NCBI GenBank assembly: GCA_029856105.1
Contig: JAHQWH010000013.1
Location: 1-62,720, forward strand
Length of the DNA stretch: 62,720 nt
Reading direction: 5' to 3'
Source of the DNA: Promethearchaeia archaeon
GTDB taxonomy: Archaea; Asgardarchaeota; Lokiarchaeia; Sigyniarchaeales; SOKP01
This document shows, one piece after another, positions 50,682 through 60,433 of this stretch; position 1 is the stretch's first letter; each line of letters opens with the position of its first letter. The notes under the pieces were generated by a model. That model worked only from the letters and a program-made list of their open reading frames with translations. It had not been told where the DNA came from and ran no database searches. The position numbers and the translations under genes are program-made.

Positions 50682-51791
50682 TTATTCCCAAAATTCTAAA
50701 GCTGAGTAGTATTTCTTAATTCCAGAAAAAGGACATGCCGCGATACAATTTCCACAATCGGAAGAGTTTTCGATCCAAAATTCAAAACATTTTTCTACAT
50801 CTACGTAATACTTTTTAACCCCCGAATTGTTAGATATGGTTGGTGGTTCAAAACTAGGCTCTTTGTCTTTTGTTATAGCCTTGGGTTCACAAGCTTCGGC
50901 GCATTTATGACAATTTTTGCAAAATTTTTCAACTTTTTTAATAAACTTTAGATTGGGTTCATCCGATATTAATGGAAGGTCAGTATAAACTTTACAAATC
51001 CGCACTCTTGGTCCATATTCAGGCGTAATCAATAGCCCGTTTCTACCTAAAGCTCCAAACCCCGCGTCAATTGCTATTGGTATACTAAGTGCGGTATCAT
51101 TACCACATTGGATTGCTCGATAACCTAAATTTCTAATAAATTCCCCGAGACAAGAAATTACAAAAGCCATTTTTGAGTAAGCTATAGCAGATGCTGCGGC
51201 TGCGGGTTGAGCAGGCGAGGTAGAAACTGCATTTTTGTCCATTTCAATGCCCATGACAATAACTTTGTTTATACCTTCTGGTAAATTGATAGGGCTTTCT
51301 AATATTGAATTTTGGACGTTTCCTTCTCTAATATCTTTTTTTGAGTCTGATTCGCTAGTTAATGGAGGTCTTTTGAAACCCGTTTTATAAATCCATTTCT
51401 CATTAACCTTAGCAACTCCTACTAATGAAGCACCAAAAAATTTAGCAACTTTTTTTAATTGGTGAGTAAAGGTTTTAGGATTCTCTATTTTATATTTTGA
51501 CTGCATCCAATTAACCCCATAATCTCCTCCTTCTGGTTTTTCTCTTTCCCAAGCAAAAGCAAAAGCAAACTTTTCGTACACCGTCCATCCAGCAGCAACT
51601 AACGCAAAATCAATCCGAGAATAACCTTCCTTCTTTGAATTAATGTGATGTAGTATATTCTCATCAAACATTTTTCCATAGGTTGTTAGTGTTTTGTCCC
51701 AAGTACGCCGGTAAAGTATATTATATTTTTCTTCAAATCTTTGGTAAATACTTTCATTAATTTCATAGTAATTTTCTGCTCTTTTTTCCAT
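50682..51791 (-). CDS. Reductive dehalogenase-like cobalamin/Fe-S protein
   Basis: FFGASLVG, SIPIAIDAG.G..GRNGLLITPEYGPRVR, FCKNCHKCAEAC, CGNCIAACP. Confidence 0.85.
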   Translation of the reverse strand: MEKRAENYYEINESIYQRFEEKYNILYRRTWDKTLTTYGKMFDENILHHINSKKEGYSRIDFALVAAGWTVYEKFAFAFAWEREKPEGGDYGVNWMQSKYKIENPKTFTHQLKKVAKFFGASLVGVAKVNEKWIYKTGFKRPPLTSESDSKKDIREGNVQNSILESPINLPEGINKVIVMGIEMDKNAVSTSPAQPAAAASAIAYSKMAFVISCLGEFIRNLGYRAIQCGNDTALSIPIAIDAGFGALGRNGLLITPEYGPRVRICKVYTDLPLISDEPNLKFIKKVEKFCKNCHKCAEACEPKAITKDKEPSFEPPTISNNSGVKKYYVDVEKCFEFWIENSSDCGNCIAACPFSGIKKYYSALEFWE

Positions 51792-51940
51792 CTGAACCCT
51801 TTCTCTTCACTTATATTTATTACAAATTCTTTTTTCAATTATTCTCTCTTAAAAAGAAAATAGTCCTTTAAATATTAGTTTAAAGCAAGAAATAAAATTT
51901 TTAATATAGATTTATAAGTTAAAGTATAATAATTTTCTCT

Positions 51941-52234
51941 ATGCCTATATATATACTTGCAACTAAACTTCAAAATCCTGATTTAGTAGCAAAAAGGAAA
52001 GAACAGGGTGAAAAATATCTAGAATTAGTTAAAGAGAAAGTTCCTAATATTAAATGGATCGCACATTACGCGATGTTAGGTCCTTATGACTTTCTTGATA
52101 TTTTCGAAGCAAAAAATGAATTAGAAGCCGCAAAGGTTTCGCTGCTTTCCCGTGCTGCGGGAGCTACTTTCGCTGAGAGTTGGACAGCCATTCCATACAC
52201 AGACTTTCTTAAACTAGTTGAGGATTTGAAATAA
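51941..52234 (+). CDS. GYD-domain protein
   Basis: YAMLGPYDFLDIFEA. Confidence 0.85.
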   Translation: MPIYILATKLQNPDLVAKRKEQGEKYLELVKEKVPNIKWIAHYAMLGPYDFLDIFEAKNELEAAKVSLLSRAAGATFAESWTAIPYTDFLKLVEDLK

Positions 52235-52252
52235 AATAAAGAGATATAAATT

Positions 52253-52624
52253 ATGAAGCGTTTTATCGTACAACTAGGGTTTGGCATAGATCAGCACGGA
52301 CACGATGATGATTGCACTAATGCTGCTATTAAGGCTATCAAAAATGCTATTTCAAATAACTGTCTTGCGGGATTATTAGAGATTTGTGGCTTAAAAGAAC
52401 CAAACGATCTATTAAAAATGATTGTACATGTAAAGATTGGAGCGCCTTATCCTGATAACATTAAAAAAGAAAAAGTCTTAAAAGCGATACCATTTGGTGA
52501 AAAATCGATCGCGATAGAGAAGGGAGGCTTGGTTGCTAAAGGAATAATGATTAAAGAACTAGGAGATACTTCTGATAAAATAATTGTTTGTAATGCGGCT
52601 GTAACTGTATCAATCACAGCTTAA
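52253..52624 (+). CDS. Lin0512-family protein
   Basis: LGFGIDQHG..DCTNAAIKAIKNAI, PFG, GGL, NAAVTV. Confidence 0.82.
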   Translation: MKRFIVQLGFGIDQHGHDDDCTNAAIKAIKNAISNNCLAGLLEICGLKEPNDLLKMIVHVKIGAPYPDNIKKEKVLKAIPFGEKSIAIEKGGLVAKGIMIKELGDTSDKIIVCNAAVTVSITA

Positions 52625-52655
52625 AATTTATACAATAAATAAAGTTGATACAATT

Positions 52656-53228
52656 ATGGTGAAAAGATGCGAATGGGCAGAAAATAATGCACTAATGGAG
52701 GAATATCACGATAGAGAATGGGGTACCCCTGAACATGATGATAAAATTCTATTTGAACTCTTAATTTTAGAGGGTATGCAAGCTGGTTTAAGTTGGAACA
52801 CTGTACTTCAAAAAAGAAATAATTTTAGGAAAGCATTTGATAATTTTGATTATATAAGAATTTCAAAGTATGCCGAACTTAAAATTGAAGAATTAATGCA
52901 AAATAAAGGAATTATTAGAAATCGATTAAAAATCCAGTCAGTAATCTCAAACGCAAAATCATTCATTAAAATACAAGAAGAATTTGGTTCTTTTGATAGT
53001 TACATTTGGGATTTTGTTAATAATAAGGTAGTTCATAATTCTTGGAAAGCATTAGAAGAATTACCATCCAACACAGAACTTTCTGATAGAATTAGTAAAG
53101 ATTTGAAAAGAAGAGGTTTCAAATTTGTAGGGTCAACAATAATTTACTCCTTTTTACAAGCAGTTGGAATTGTAAATGACCATACAACCTATTGTTTTCG
53201 ATATAGTAAATTAAAAAATAAAGCTTAG
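52656..53228 (+). CDS. tag: 3-methyladenine DNA glycosylase I
   Basis: RCEW, YHDREWG, LEGMQAGLSW, IIRNRLKI, NDH...C. Confidence 0.95.
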   Translation: MVKRCEWAENNALMEEYHDREWGTPEHDDKILFELLILEGMQAGLSWNTVLQKRNNFRKAFDNFDYIRISKYAELKIEELMQNKGIIRNRLKIQSVISNAKSFIKIQEEFGSFDSYIWDFVNNKVVHNSWKALEELPSNTELSDRISKDLKRRGFKFVGSTIIYSFLQAVGIVNDHTTYCFRYSKLKNKA

Positions 53229-54532
53229 TTTATAATTAAATTCTCTAAACCTATTTCTTTTTCTGCATATTCCTTTAGCGCAATCCATTGAGCATCAGTT
53301 GTTCCAAAATATTTAAAAACCGCGATACCCAAACCAAAATCAAATGTTCTCATTTGTTTTAGCATCTCTTGAACATTGCACTCGACTGAGTTTGTAACTG
53401 CTAATACAGGGCCTTTATATTCGTGGATTCTCTTTTTCATATTTCTCACAAAATACCAATAAAAAAAATCGCCAATTAAACCCCAAAAGATTCCATCATC
53501 TCGAGTTCCTGCTAAATAGGGATATTCCATAGGAATTGATATATCTAAAATAGAAGAGAGCTTCTTCCAATCTTGACCGTGTCTTTTTAAAGTAACAAGT
53601 TTTTTAGGTCCTACCTGGCTATACCAGCCTGTAAGGCAATTTTTATCAATATCCTTTACAGCAGTTTGGACTTTTCTAGCATAATTAGCAATTGTATTTG
53701 TCTTAAACTCAATCCAGTCATTGCTTTTTAATATTTTAGCTTTTTCACCAAATTCTGCTCTGAATTTTTTTATACATCGGGAGCATGCACATACATCTGT
53801 AAAAGAACCATCATATCTAATGTAATCCGCTGTGAAAGCTTTGATTGGGTAATTTTTTACAACTTCTTTTATAAGATCTACTAAATAATCGACATGAGCA
53901 CTATTAGGGCACATAAAACTTGTAGATGGTATATAACCCGTTCCTCTTGCGCCCCTTACCTTCCCTTGTTTCTTATCTATGTTTTCTGTTAGAAAAGGAA
54001 CTTTTGCTTTATATTCTTTAAATGAAACATTCTCAGGTAAATCTATTCTCATTTCTCCCTCGTCGTGAGTTGAAATATCGCCTTTTCTATATTTTATACC
54101 ATACTTTTTTCCATTTTTTCCATGAACGCTAACTCGTTCAGGATTTAAATTCCCTTGGTACGCGTCGTTCATGCTTGTAAAAGAAACCATTATTTTTATA
54201 TTTCTATCCTTTCCAGCATCGCAAAACTCCCCCAAAATATCTCTCTCAGTAGGATTCCATCCCAAATCCGTATCCCACACGCATGCTCCATCAGTATCTT
54301 TGATAACAAGCCCAAAAACATTGAAATGGCACTCATCTAATTTATTCATAACTTCAATAACATCTAGCTTTTTTTCAGCAAATTCGTAATCTAATTTCCT
54401 AAAACCTTCTACGCCTCTAACTGGCATTAATCCCATAGCGTATATTCTTTTCACGCCTAATGCTGATGTTACGATTTCAAACTTCTTAGTGTCAAACTCA
54501 ATATATTCTGACCAATCAAATTTTCTTTTCAT
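53225..54532 (-). CDS. Glycoside-hydrolase-like TIM-barrel protein
   Basis: KDTDGACVWDT, DILGEFC, MCPNS, DYIRY, CACSRC, QDW, PMEY. Confidence 0.6.
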   Translation of the reverse strand: MKRKFDWSEYIEFDTKKFEIVTSALGVKRIYAMGLMPVRGVEGFRKLDYEFAEKKLDVIEVMNKLDECHFNVFGLVIKDTDGACVWDTDLGWNPTERDILGEFCDAGKDRNIKIMVSFTSMNDAYQGNLNPERVSVHGKNGKKYGIKYRKGDISTHDEGEMRIDLPENVSFKEYKAKVPFLTENIDKKQGKVRGARGTGYIPSTSFMCPNSAHVDYLVDLIKEVVKNYPIKAFTADYIRYDGSFTDVCACSRCIKKFRAEFGEKAKILKSNDWIEFKTNTIANYARKVQTAVKDIDKNCLTGWYSQVGPKKLVTLKRHGQDWKKLSSILDISIPMEYPYLAGTRDDGIFWGLIGDFFYWYFVRNMKKRIHEYKGPVLAVTNSVECNVQEMLKQMRTFDFGLGIAVFKYFGTTDAQWIALKEYAEKEIGLENLIIN

Positions 54533-54782
54533 GTTATCATCTAAATAAATTTAATTTAAATTTCTTAAATTTCCAAATTAGATAGTTTTTTAACATAGTT
54601 CTTTCAATAAATTTTTAAGGCTATTTGATATTTTAATAACAGATACATTTAAAGATTTATATATGTAAATACGATTATTTATTATAGAAATCGAATTAAA
54701 ATATTTGTATAAATATCAAATTATTGAAATAGACAAAATATTTAAGATTTGAATTTGTGCTTGGGAGGAATACTGAACAAAA

Positions 54783-55313
54783 ATGTACGATGCAACCTTT
54801 AAAATTATCATTTTTGGTGACGCTGGATGCGGCAAAACCACTCTAACTCAAAGATTTTTGACTAATTTGTTTGTTTCTGATTCAAAAATGACCATTGGAG
54901 TAGACTTTGAGGTTAAGAGCTTAGAAGTTGACAAACAGAAAGTAAAATTACAGATATGGGATTTTGGTGGAGAGGAGAGGTTTAGGTTTTTACTTCCTAC
55001 ATATGTTAGAGGCGCCCGGGGAGGGCTATTCTTATTTGACATAACAAATTATTCTTCCCTCGCTCACATAGACGATTGGCTTAACGTTATTAGGAAAGAA
55101 ATTCGAGCCGAGGATGTATTTCCCATTATTGTAGTGGGAGGTAAAGCAGATTTAGCAGAGAATAGGGAAGTTTCAGCAGCAGAAGGAATAAAAATTGCGA
55201 AATCGAGAAATGTCGACGGTTTTATTGAAACTAGCTCTAAATCGGGAGAAAATGTTGAGAAGACGTTCGAGGCATTAACAAGCTTAATGCTTAATAATTC
55301 CAAAAGATACTAA
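54783..55313 (+). CDS. Rab-like small GTPase
   Basis: GDAGCGKT, TIGVDF, KLQIWDFGGEERF, GGKAD, ETSSK. Confidence 0.93.
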   Translation: MYDATFKIIIFGDAGCGKTTLTQRFLTNLFVSDSKMTIGVDFEVKSLEVDKQKVKLQIWDFGGEERFRFLLPTYVRGARGGLFLFDITNYSSLAHIDDWLNVIRKEIRAEDVFPIIVVGGKADLAENREVSAAEGIKIAKSRNVDGFIETSSKSGENVEKTFEALTSLMLNNSKRY

Positions 55314-55378
55314 GTTAAATTAAAACTTGTTTTTAAAGAATATAGTTTGATTACTACTAATAATTGAGAATAATTTGG

Positions 55379-56242
55379 TTATTTATTATTTACAGGAACC
55401 TTTTCAAGTAATCGTGTATTAATTCTCCTATTCAAAACCATAGTTTGATATTCCATATCCTTCTTGTATTGGTTCGCAAAAATTAGAAGTTGTTCAATCA
55501 TTTCGATTTCTTTATTATCATCTCTGAAATAATATCCTCCAAAATTTGGGATTTCCGCGTAATTTATCTTCAATATTTCTTGTAATTCGCTAGGTAATAC
55601 ATCAGTTCTATCCTTTATTGCCGTACCTAAGGCTCTTAATAGCTCTTCATACCTTTCTTGTTTACTAAACTGACATAAAACGCATTTTGAGCTTCTATTT
55701 TTAAGAATGTATAAAATAATAATTCCAGTTAAATACCTAAATGTATCGACTAACTCGTCGTAATTTCCTTTTTTCATGTGTTTTTGAACTATTATTTCCG
55801 CAATTGAGTACAAACTCGAAAAATAAATCGCTCTAGAAAAGTATGCTGGATCAACACAAAACAATCTAGTAAACCAAAATGCGCTAACTTCTTTAGGTGG
55901 ATCTTCAAAAAATATGTAGTAAACTAACCTTCCGTCTCTTTCTTTATATAATGTAGATTCTTTTTTCAACATATTTAAATACGTTGATATGGTGGAACGC
56001 GCGATTTCTTTAAAGAATTTTTTATATTCTATTTCGACATCTCTCGTAGTTACCTTTTTTTTTCCCTCGAGATAGAATTTTAGGATTATACCCAAAATTC
56101 GATTCTCATGAAGTCTTCCCGTTTTAACTTGTGTTTCTTCCGATTCGTCTTCTCTAATGTTATAAATATCAATTAGTTCAGGAGCGATTTCGTGAATAAC
56201 CTTTTCCAAGATATAAATGTTTAATTCAGTAATTTCTAACAA
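55379..56242 (-). CDS. Winged-helix domain protein
   Basis: IARSTISTYLNMLKKE...ERDGRLVYY. Confidence 0.7.
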   Translation of the reverse strand: MLEITELNIYILEKVIHEIAPELIDIYNIREDESEETQVKTGRLHENRILGIILKFYLEGKKKVTTRDVEIEYKKFFKEIARSTISTYLNMLKKESTLYKERDGRLVYYIFFEDPPKEVSAFWFTRLFCVDPAYFSRAIYFSSLYSIAEIIVQKHMKKGNYDELVDTFRYLTGIIILYILKNRSSKCVLCQFSKQERYEELLRALGTAIKDRTDVLPSELQEILKINYAEIPNFGGYYFRDDNKEIEMIEQLLIFANQYKKDMEYQTMVLNRRINTRLLEKVPVNNK

Positions 56243-56446
56243 TCCTCAAAATTGATATTTATATTTTATTAAAAAAAACGTATACTTTTAATAATTGACT
56301 TTCTAATTAAATAGAAGATTTAATCTATTTAGTGTAAGTATATTATAAATACAGTAAATAAATAGAAATAATTAATCCTTTAAAATTTAAAAAAGAAAAT
56401 AAAAAAAAAAATCAAAACTTGATAGTATTAATAATTTTATTAGGGT

Positions 56447-58276
56447 TTATTCCCCTTGTTTTTCTTTCCAGATAGGATCGTTGATTTGAAGTATCCTTCG
56501 TTGAACTTTACCAAGAATATTTTTAGGAACTTCTTGTATAAATTCGATCATTCGTGGACACTTCCATTTCGTCATGTTTTCCAGAGTCCAAGCTATTAAT
56601 TCCTCTTCAGTGATCTTCCCAACATATTCGGGTTTTAATTCAACCCAAGCTTTTGTTATTTCGCCAACTTTTCCAGCAGGGTCCGGTAGACCAGAAACTG
56701 CCGCCTCTGATACAGCTTCGTGCTTCATTAACATCGATTCAACTTCTTTAGGGAAAACAGAATGTCCAGCTACTTTAATTAATTGTTTTTTACGATCTCT
56801 GATTTCAATTGTGCCATCATCGTTCATAAAACCGATGTCACCAGTTAACAACCACAGGTTACCATCGTATTTTTTGATTGTATCATTTGTTTCTTCAGTT
56901 TGATTGAGGTATTCGTACATAACTTGGGGTCCATGGACACAAATTTCACCCGTATGTTCTTCTCCAAAATTAGTATCGTTTGGGTTTCCTAAGCAAATAG
57001 GTCCTTCGTCAAAGTTTTCAGATGGCCAAATTCCCCATTCCGTGCCCGGTACAGGTAGTCCAATAACTCCAATAGGGCTTTCACCAAATAAATTTCCTGC
57101 GCTAACAAGTGGTGTAGTTTCTGTTAATCCATAACCTTCCACAATATTTCCTCCAGTGTTTTTCACAAAAGCATCGCGAATGGGTCCATGTAAAGGTCCA
57201 GCTCCAGACGCACATAATGTCAATTTACCCATAACTTTAGGATATTTTTCTTTTATGTTTGGAAAATCAGCTAATCGCTTAAATAAAATCTCAGCTCCCG
57301 CATATACTAAACCTTCAGGGGCAGGTAACTCTTCAATGTGCTCTAATAGTTCTTCTGTAGGTGGAGGTGTTGGAAAAATCATTATCCATCCTCCAAAAGC
57401 AATAGTAGCGTTCATGACTATTGTATGGGCAAAGCTGTGAAAGAAGGGAAGCACTCCGACATTCCCAATTCCCGGTTTCTCGCCGCCTAACCAATATTTG
57501 GCTTGTTCCGCATTAGAAACTACATTAAAATGAGATAGAACAGCTGCTTTAGGTAATCCCGTAGTTCCGCCCGTCATAATATATGTAGAGGGATGAGTTT
57601 TAACATCAATATCAATTTTTGGAACGTTTGGTTCTGTTTTTAACAAATCCATAAAACTAACAGCTCCCGGTACATTCACTTTTCCCTTAGGGATCATTCC
57701 TATTGCTTTACCCAAAGTTCTTTTAAAGCCTAAACCGTGGGCTAAATCAGCGAGATTAGTGTAAATTACCTTCTCAACAGTACTTTTACCTAGGATTTCA
57801 CCTATATATGGTAAATTTTTCTTTATTCGAGATTTACTCTTTTCGTCAAAGAACGCATCGTAAGCGATAAGATATTTAGCTTGTGTTACGTCTAATTGGT
57901 GTAAAATCTCTAATGGTTTGTACGTTGGATTGATCCCAGATGCGATTGCTCCTATTCTCGTTATAGCATAATATCCTATTACGTATTGAATACAATTTCC
58001 CATAAGCATCGCAACAACATCGCCTTTTTTAACTCCTAGATCGTGTAAAGCAGTTGCAAATCTTAACACATAATCGTGAAATTCACTATAAGTAACCCAT
58101 GTTTCTAAAAACCAAATAAAATTTTGATCTCCATACTTTTCTACTTGTGCGTCTAAAAATTGGTTTACGGTTTTGTCTTCAAATTCAACGTTTTTTGGAA
58201 CGCTCTCTGGCCACCACTTTTTGAACCAGATTTTATTTTCATTTACTTGATATGTATCTTCTTTTATAATTGGTAT
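56447..58276 (-). CDS. Long-chain acyl-CoA synthetase (start extended to ATA 58276)
   Basis: MTGGTTGLPK, EGYGLTE, TGD, PKNILGK; similarity to the neighbouring paralog continues 69 codons upstream of the track start. Confidence 0.9.
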   Translation of the reverse strand: MPIIKEDTYQVNENKIWFKKWWPESVPKNVEFEDKTVNQFLDAQVEKYGDQNFIWFLETWVTYSEFHDYVLRFATALHDLGVKKGDVVAMLMGNCIQYVIGYYAITRIGAIASGINPTYKPLEILHQLDVTQAKYLIAYDAFFDEKSKSRIKKNLPYIGEILGKSTVEKVIYTNLADLAHGLGFKRTLGKAIGMIPKGKVNVPGAVSFMDLLKTEPNVPKIDIDVKTHPSTYIMTGGTTGLPKAAVLSHFNVVSNAEQAKYWLGGEKPGIGNVGVLPFFHSFAHTIVMNATIAFGGWIMIFPTPPPTEELLEHIEELPAPEGLVYAGAEILFKRLADFPNIKEKYPKVMGKLTLCASGAGPLHGPIRDAFVKNTGGNIVEGYGLTETTPLVSAGNLFGESPIGVIGLPVPGTEWGIWPSENFDEGPICLGNPNDTNFGEEHTGEICVHGPQVMYEYLNQTEETNDTIKKYDGNLWLLTGDIGFMNDDGTIEIRDRKKQLIKVAGHSVFPKEVESMLMKHEAVSEAAVSGLPDPAGKVGEITKAWVELKPEYVGKITEEELIAWTLENMTKWKCPRMIEFIQEVPKNILGKVQRRILQINDPIWKEKQGE

Positions 58277-58489
58277 TTTTATTCCACTCTTTTTTATGTA
58301 AAATTTTAATAGTCTAAATGCAACATATTATTATTATTTTCGTTATTCTAGATGAAATAAATTATCTATTAAAAAAAGATACTAATAAAAAGAAAATTGA
58401 AAAATAAGACATCTATGAGTAGAGATAGTTCAAAATAAAGACACTACAAAAAATCAAAATGTGTTTTTATTTAAAAAAACTTAAGAAAT

Positions 58490-60310
58490 TTATTTAGTTT
58501 CACCGTACTTCTCTTTCCAGATAGGATCGTTAATTTGGAGCGCTCTTCGCTGTACTTTTCCAATTACATTTTTTGGCAAGTCTCCAATTATAGCAATGTG
58601 TTGAGGGACTTTATAGTGTGCCATGTTTTCGTTAGCCCACTCTTTAATTGATCTAGGCGACAAATCAGAATCGTCCCTAATGGAAACCCAAGCTTTTATT
58701 ACTTCACCGTATTCATCGTGAGGTAAACCTGAAACAGCAACTTCTAATATGTCGGCGTGTTTCATTAAAAGTTCTTCAACTTCTTTTGGAAAAACAGAAA
58801 ACCCTTTGTACTTGATGAGTTGTTTTTTACGGTCCCTAATCTCAACGGTGCCATCATCGTTCATAAATCCAATATCGCCAGTTAAAAGCCAAATTTTTCC
58901 ATCGTATTCAATTAGCGCATCAGCAGTTTCCTCTGGTTGATTTAGATAACCTATCATTAGTTGAGGTCCGTGAATACATATTTCGCCCGTTTTTTCAATT
59001 CCAAAATTCGTATCTTCTGGATTTCCTAAACAGATTGGACCTTTTGAAAAATCATCTGCGTGAAAAATGCCCCATTCTGTTCCTGGAAAAGGCATTCCTA
59101 TGACTCCTACGGGACTATCACCAAATAAGTTGCCTGCACTTACCGCTGGACTAGCTTCAGATAATCCATAAGCTTCGACAATTCGACCTCCTGTGTTTTC
59201 TATAAACGCATCTCTAACTTGTTTGTGCAATGGACCAGCGCTAGATACGCACAACCTTAATTTACCCATTACCCCGGGATATCTCCTCTTCAAATGCTTT
59301 AATTCAGCTAATTTTATAAATAATATCTCGGCTCCTGCGTAGACCAATCCTTCCGAACACGGCAATTTTTCAATAAGTTCGCATAGCTCATCTTGGGATG
59401 GTGGTGTGGCAAAAAGCATCATCCAACCTCCGATTTCTACTGTAGTGTTCATAACAACAGTATGGGCAAAACTATGAAATAATGGAAGTATCCCTATGTT
59501 TCCAATACCGGGCATTTCACCGCCTAGCCACTGTTTACATTGCTCAGCATTTGATACAACATTAAAATGCGTCAAAACTGCAGCCTTAGGCAAGCCTGTT
59601 GTACCCCCCGTCATAATATAGGTGGCTGGGTCCTTTTTTACGTCTATCTTTACGTTTATATCAGAATCCCTTGGTTCTGTTTTTAAAAGATCTTTAAACT
59701 TAATAGCGTTTCCAAAATCACATTTTCCCGTCGGGATTTTTTTCAAAAACTTTCCAAGCACTTTTTTAGTTCCAAACATCTGAGCTAAATCAGCAATATT
59801 TGTATAAATCACCATTTCAACGCTTGAATTTTCAATAATCGGATTTATACAAGGTTTATATAACGCGTCTAATACAATAAGCGTTTTTGGCTTAACAATG
59901 TCAAGTTGATGTAAAATTTCCATAGGTTGATAAGTTGGATTAATTCCATTTGCAATTGCTCCTATTCTTGTAATTGCGTAATATGCTACTATGTATTGAA
60001 TGCAATTTGGTAAATGAATAGCAATTACATCGCCCTTCTTTATTCCCAAATCGAGTAAAGCCGTGGCAAACCTTTTTACATAATCTTGAAATTGTCTATA
60101 TGTAACCCATGTATCGAGAAACCAGATTAAATTTTGGTCAGGATACTTCTCAACTTGTTCGTCTAACATTTGATTTAAAGATTTTTCTTTGAAATCTATG
60201 TTGTGTGGAACATTCGATGGCCACCATTTTTGGAACCAGCGTTTCTTCTCATCAACTTGATATGAATCGTTTAATTTGGATTGCATTTCGTAACCTTCTT
60301 TGTTTTGCAT
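58490..60310 (-). CDS. Long-chain acyl-CoA synthetase
   Basis: MTGGTTGLPK, EAYGLSE, TGD, PKNVIGK; tandem paralog. Confidence 0.92.
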   Translation of the reverse strand: MQNKEGYEMQSKLNDSYQVDEKKRWFQKWWPSNVPHNIDFKEKSLNQMLDEQVEKYPDQNLIWFLDTWVTYRQFQDYVKRFATALLDLGIKKGDVIAIHLPNCIQYIVAYYAITRIGAIANGINPTYQPMEILHQLDIVKPKTLIVLDALYKPCINPIIENSSVEMVIYTNIADLAQMFGTKKVLGKFLKKIPTGKCDFGNAIKFKDLLKTEPRDSDINVKIDVKKDPATYIMTGGTTGLPKAAVLTHFNVVSNAEQCKQWLGGEMPGIGNIGILPLFHSFAHTVVMNTTVEIGGWMMLFATPPSQDELCELIEKLPCSEGLVYAGAEILFIKLAELKHLKRRYPGVMGKLRLCVSSAGPLHKQVRDAFIENTGGRIVEAYGLSEASPAVSAGNLFGDSPVGVIGMPFPGTEWGIFHADDFSKGPICLGNPEDTNFGIEKTGEICIHGPQLMIGYLNQPEETADALIEYDGKIWLLTGDIGFMNDDGTVEIRDRKKQLIKYKGFSVFPKEVEELLMKHADILEVAVSGLPHDEYGEVIKAWVSIRDDSDLSPRSIKEWANENMAHYKVPQHIAIIGDLPKNVIGKVQRRALQINDPIWKEKYGETK

Positions 60311-60433
60311 TATAACAATAACAATTGATTAATATCACTTAGATAACTCAGAATTTAAAATTTTCTTTAAAGTTATAAAATTGTTAAAAATAATAAAATA
60401 AAAAAAAAATAAAATTATTGATTTGGTTGAGAT

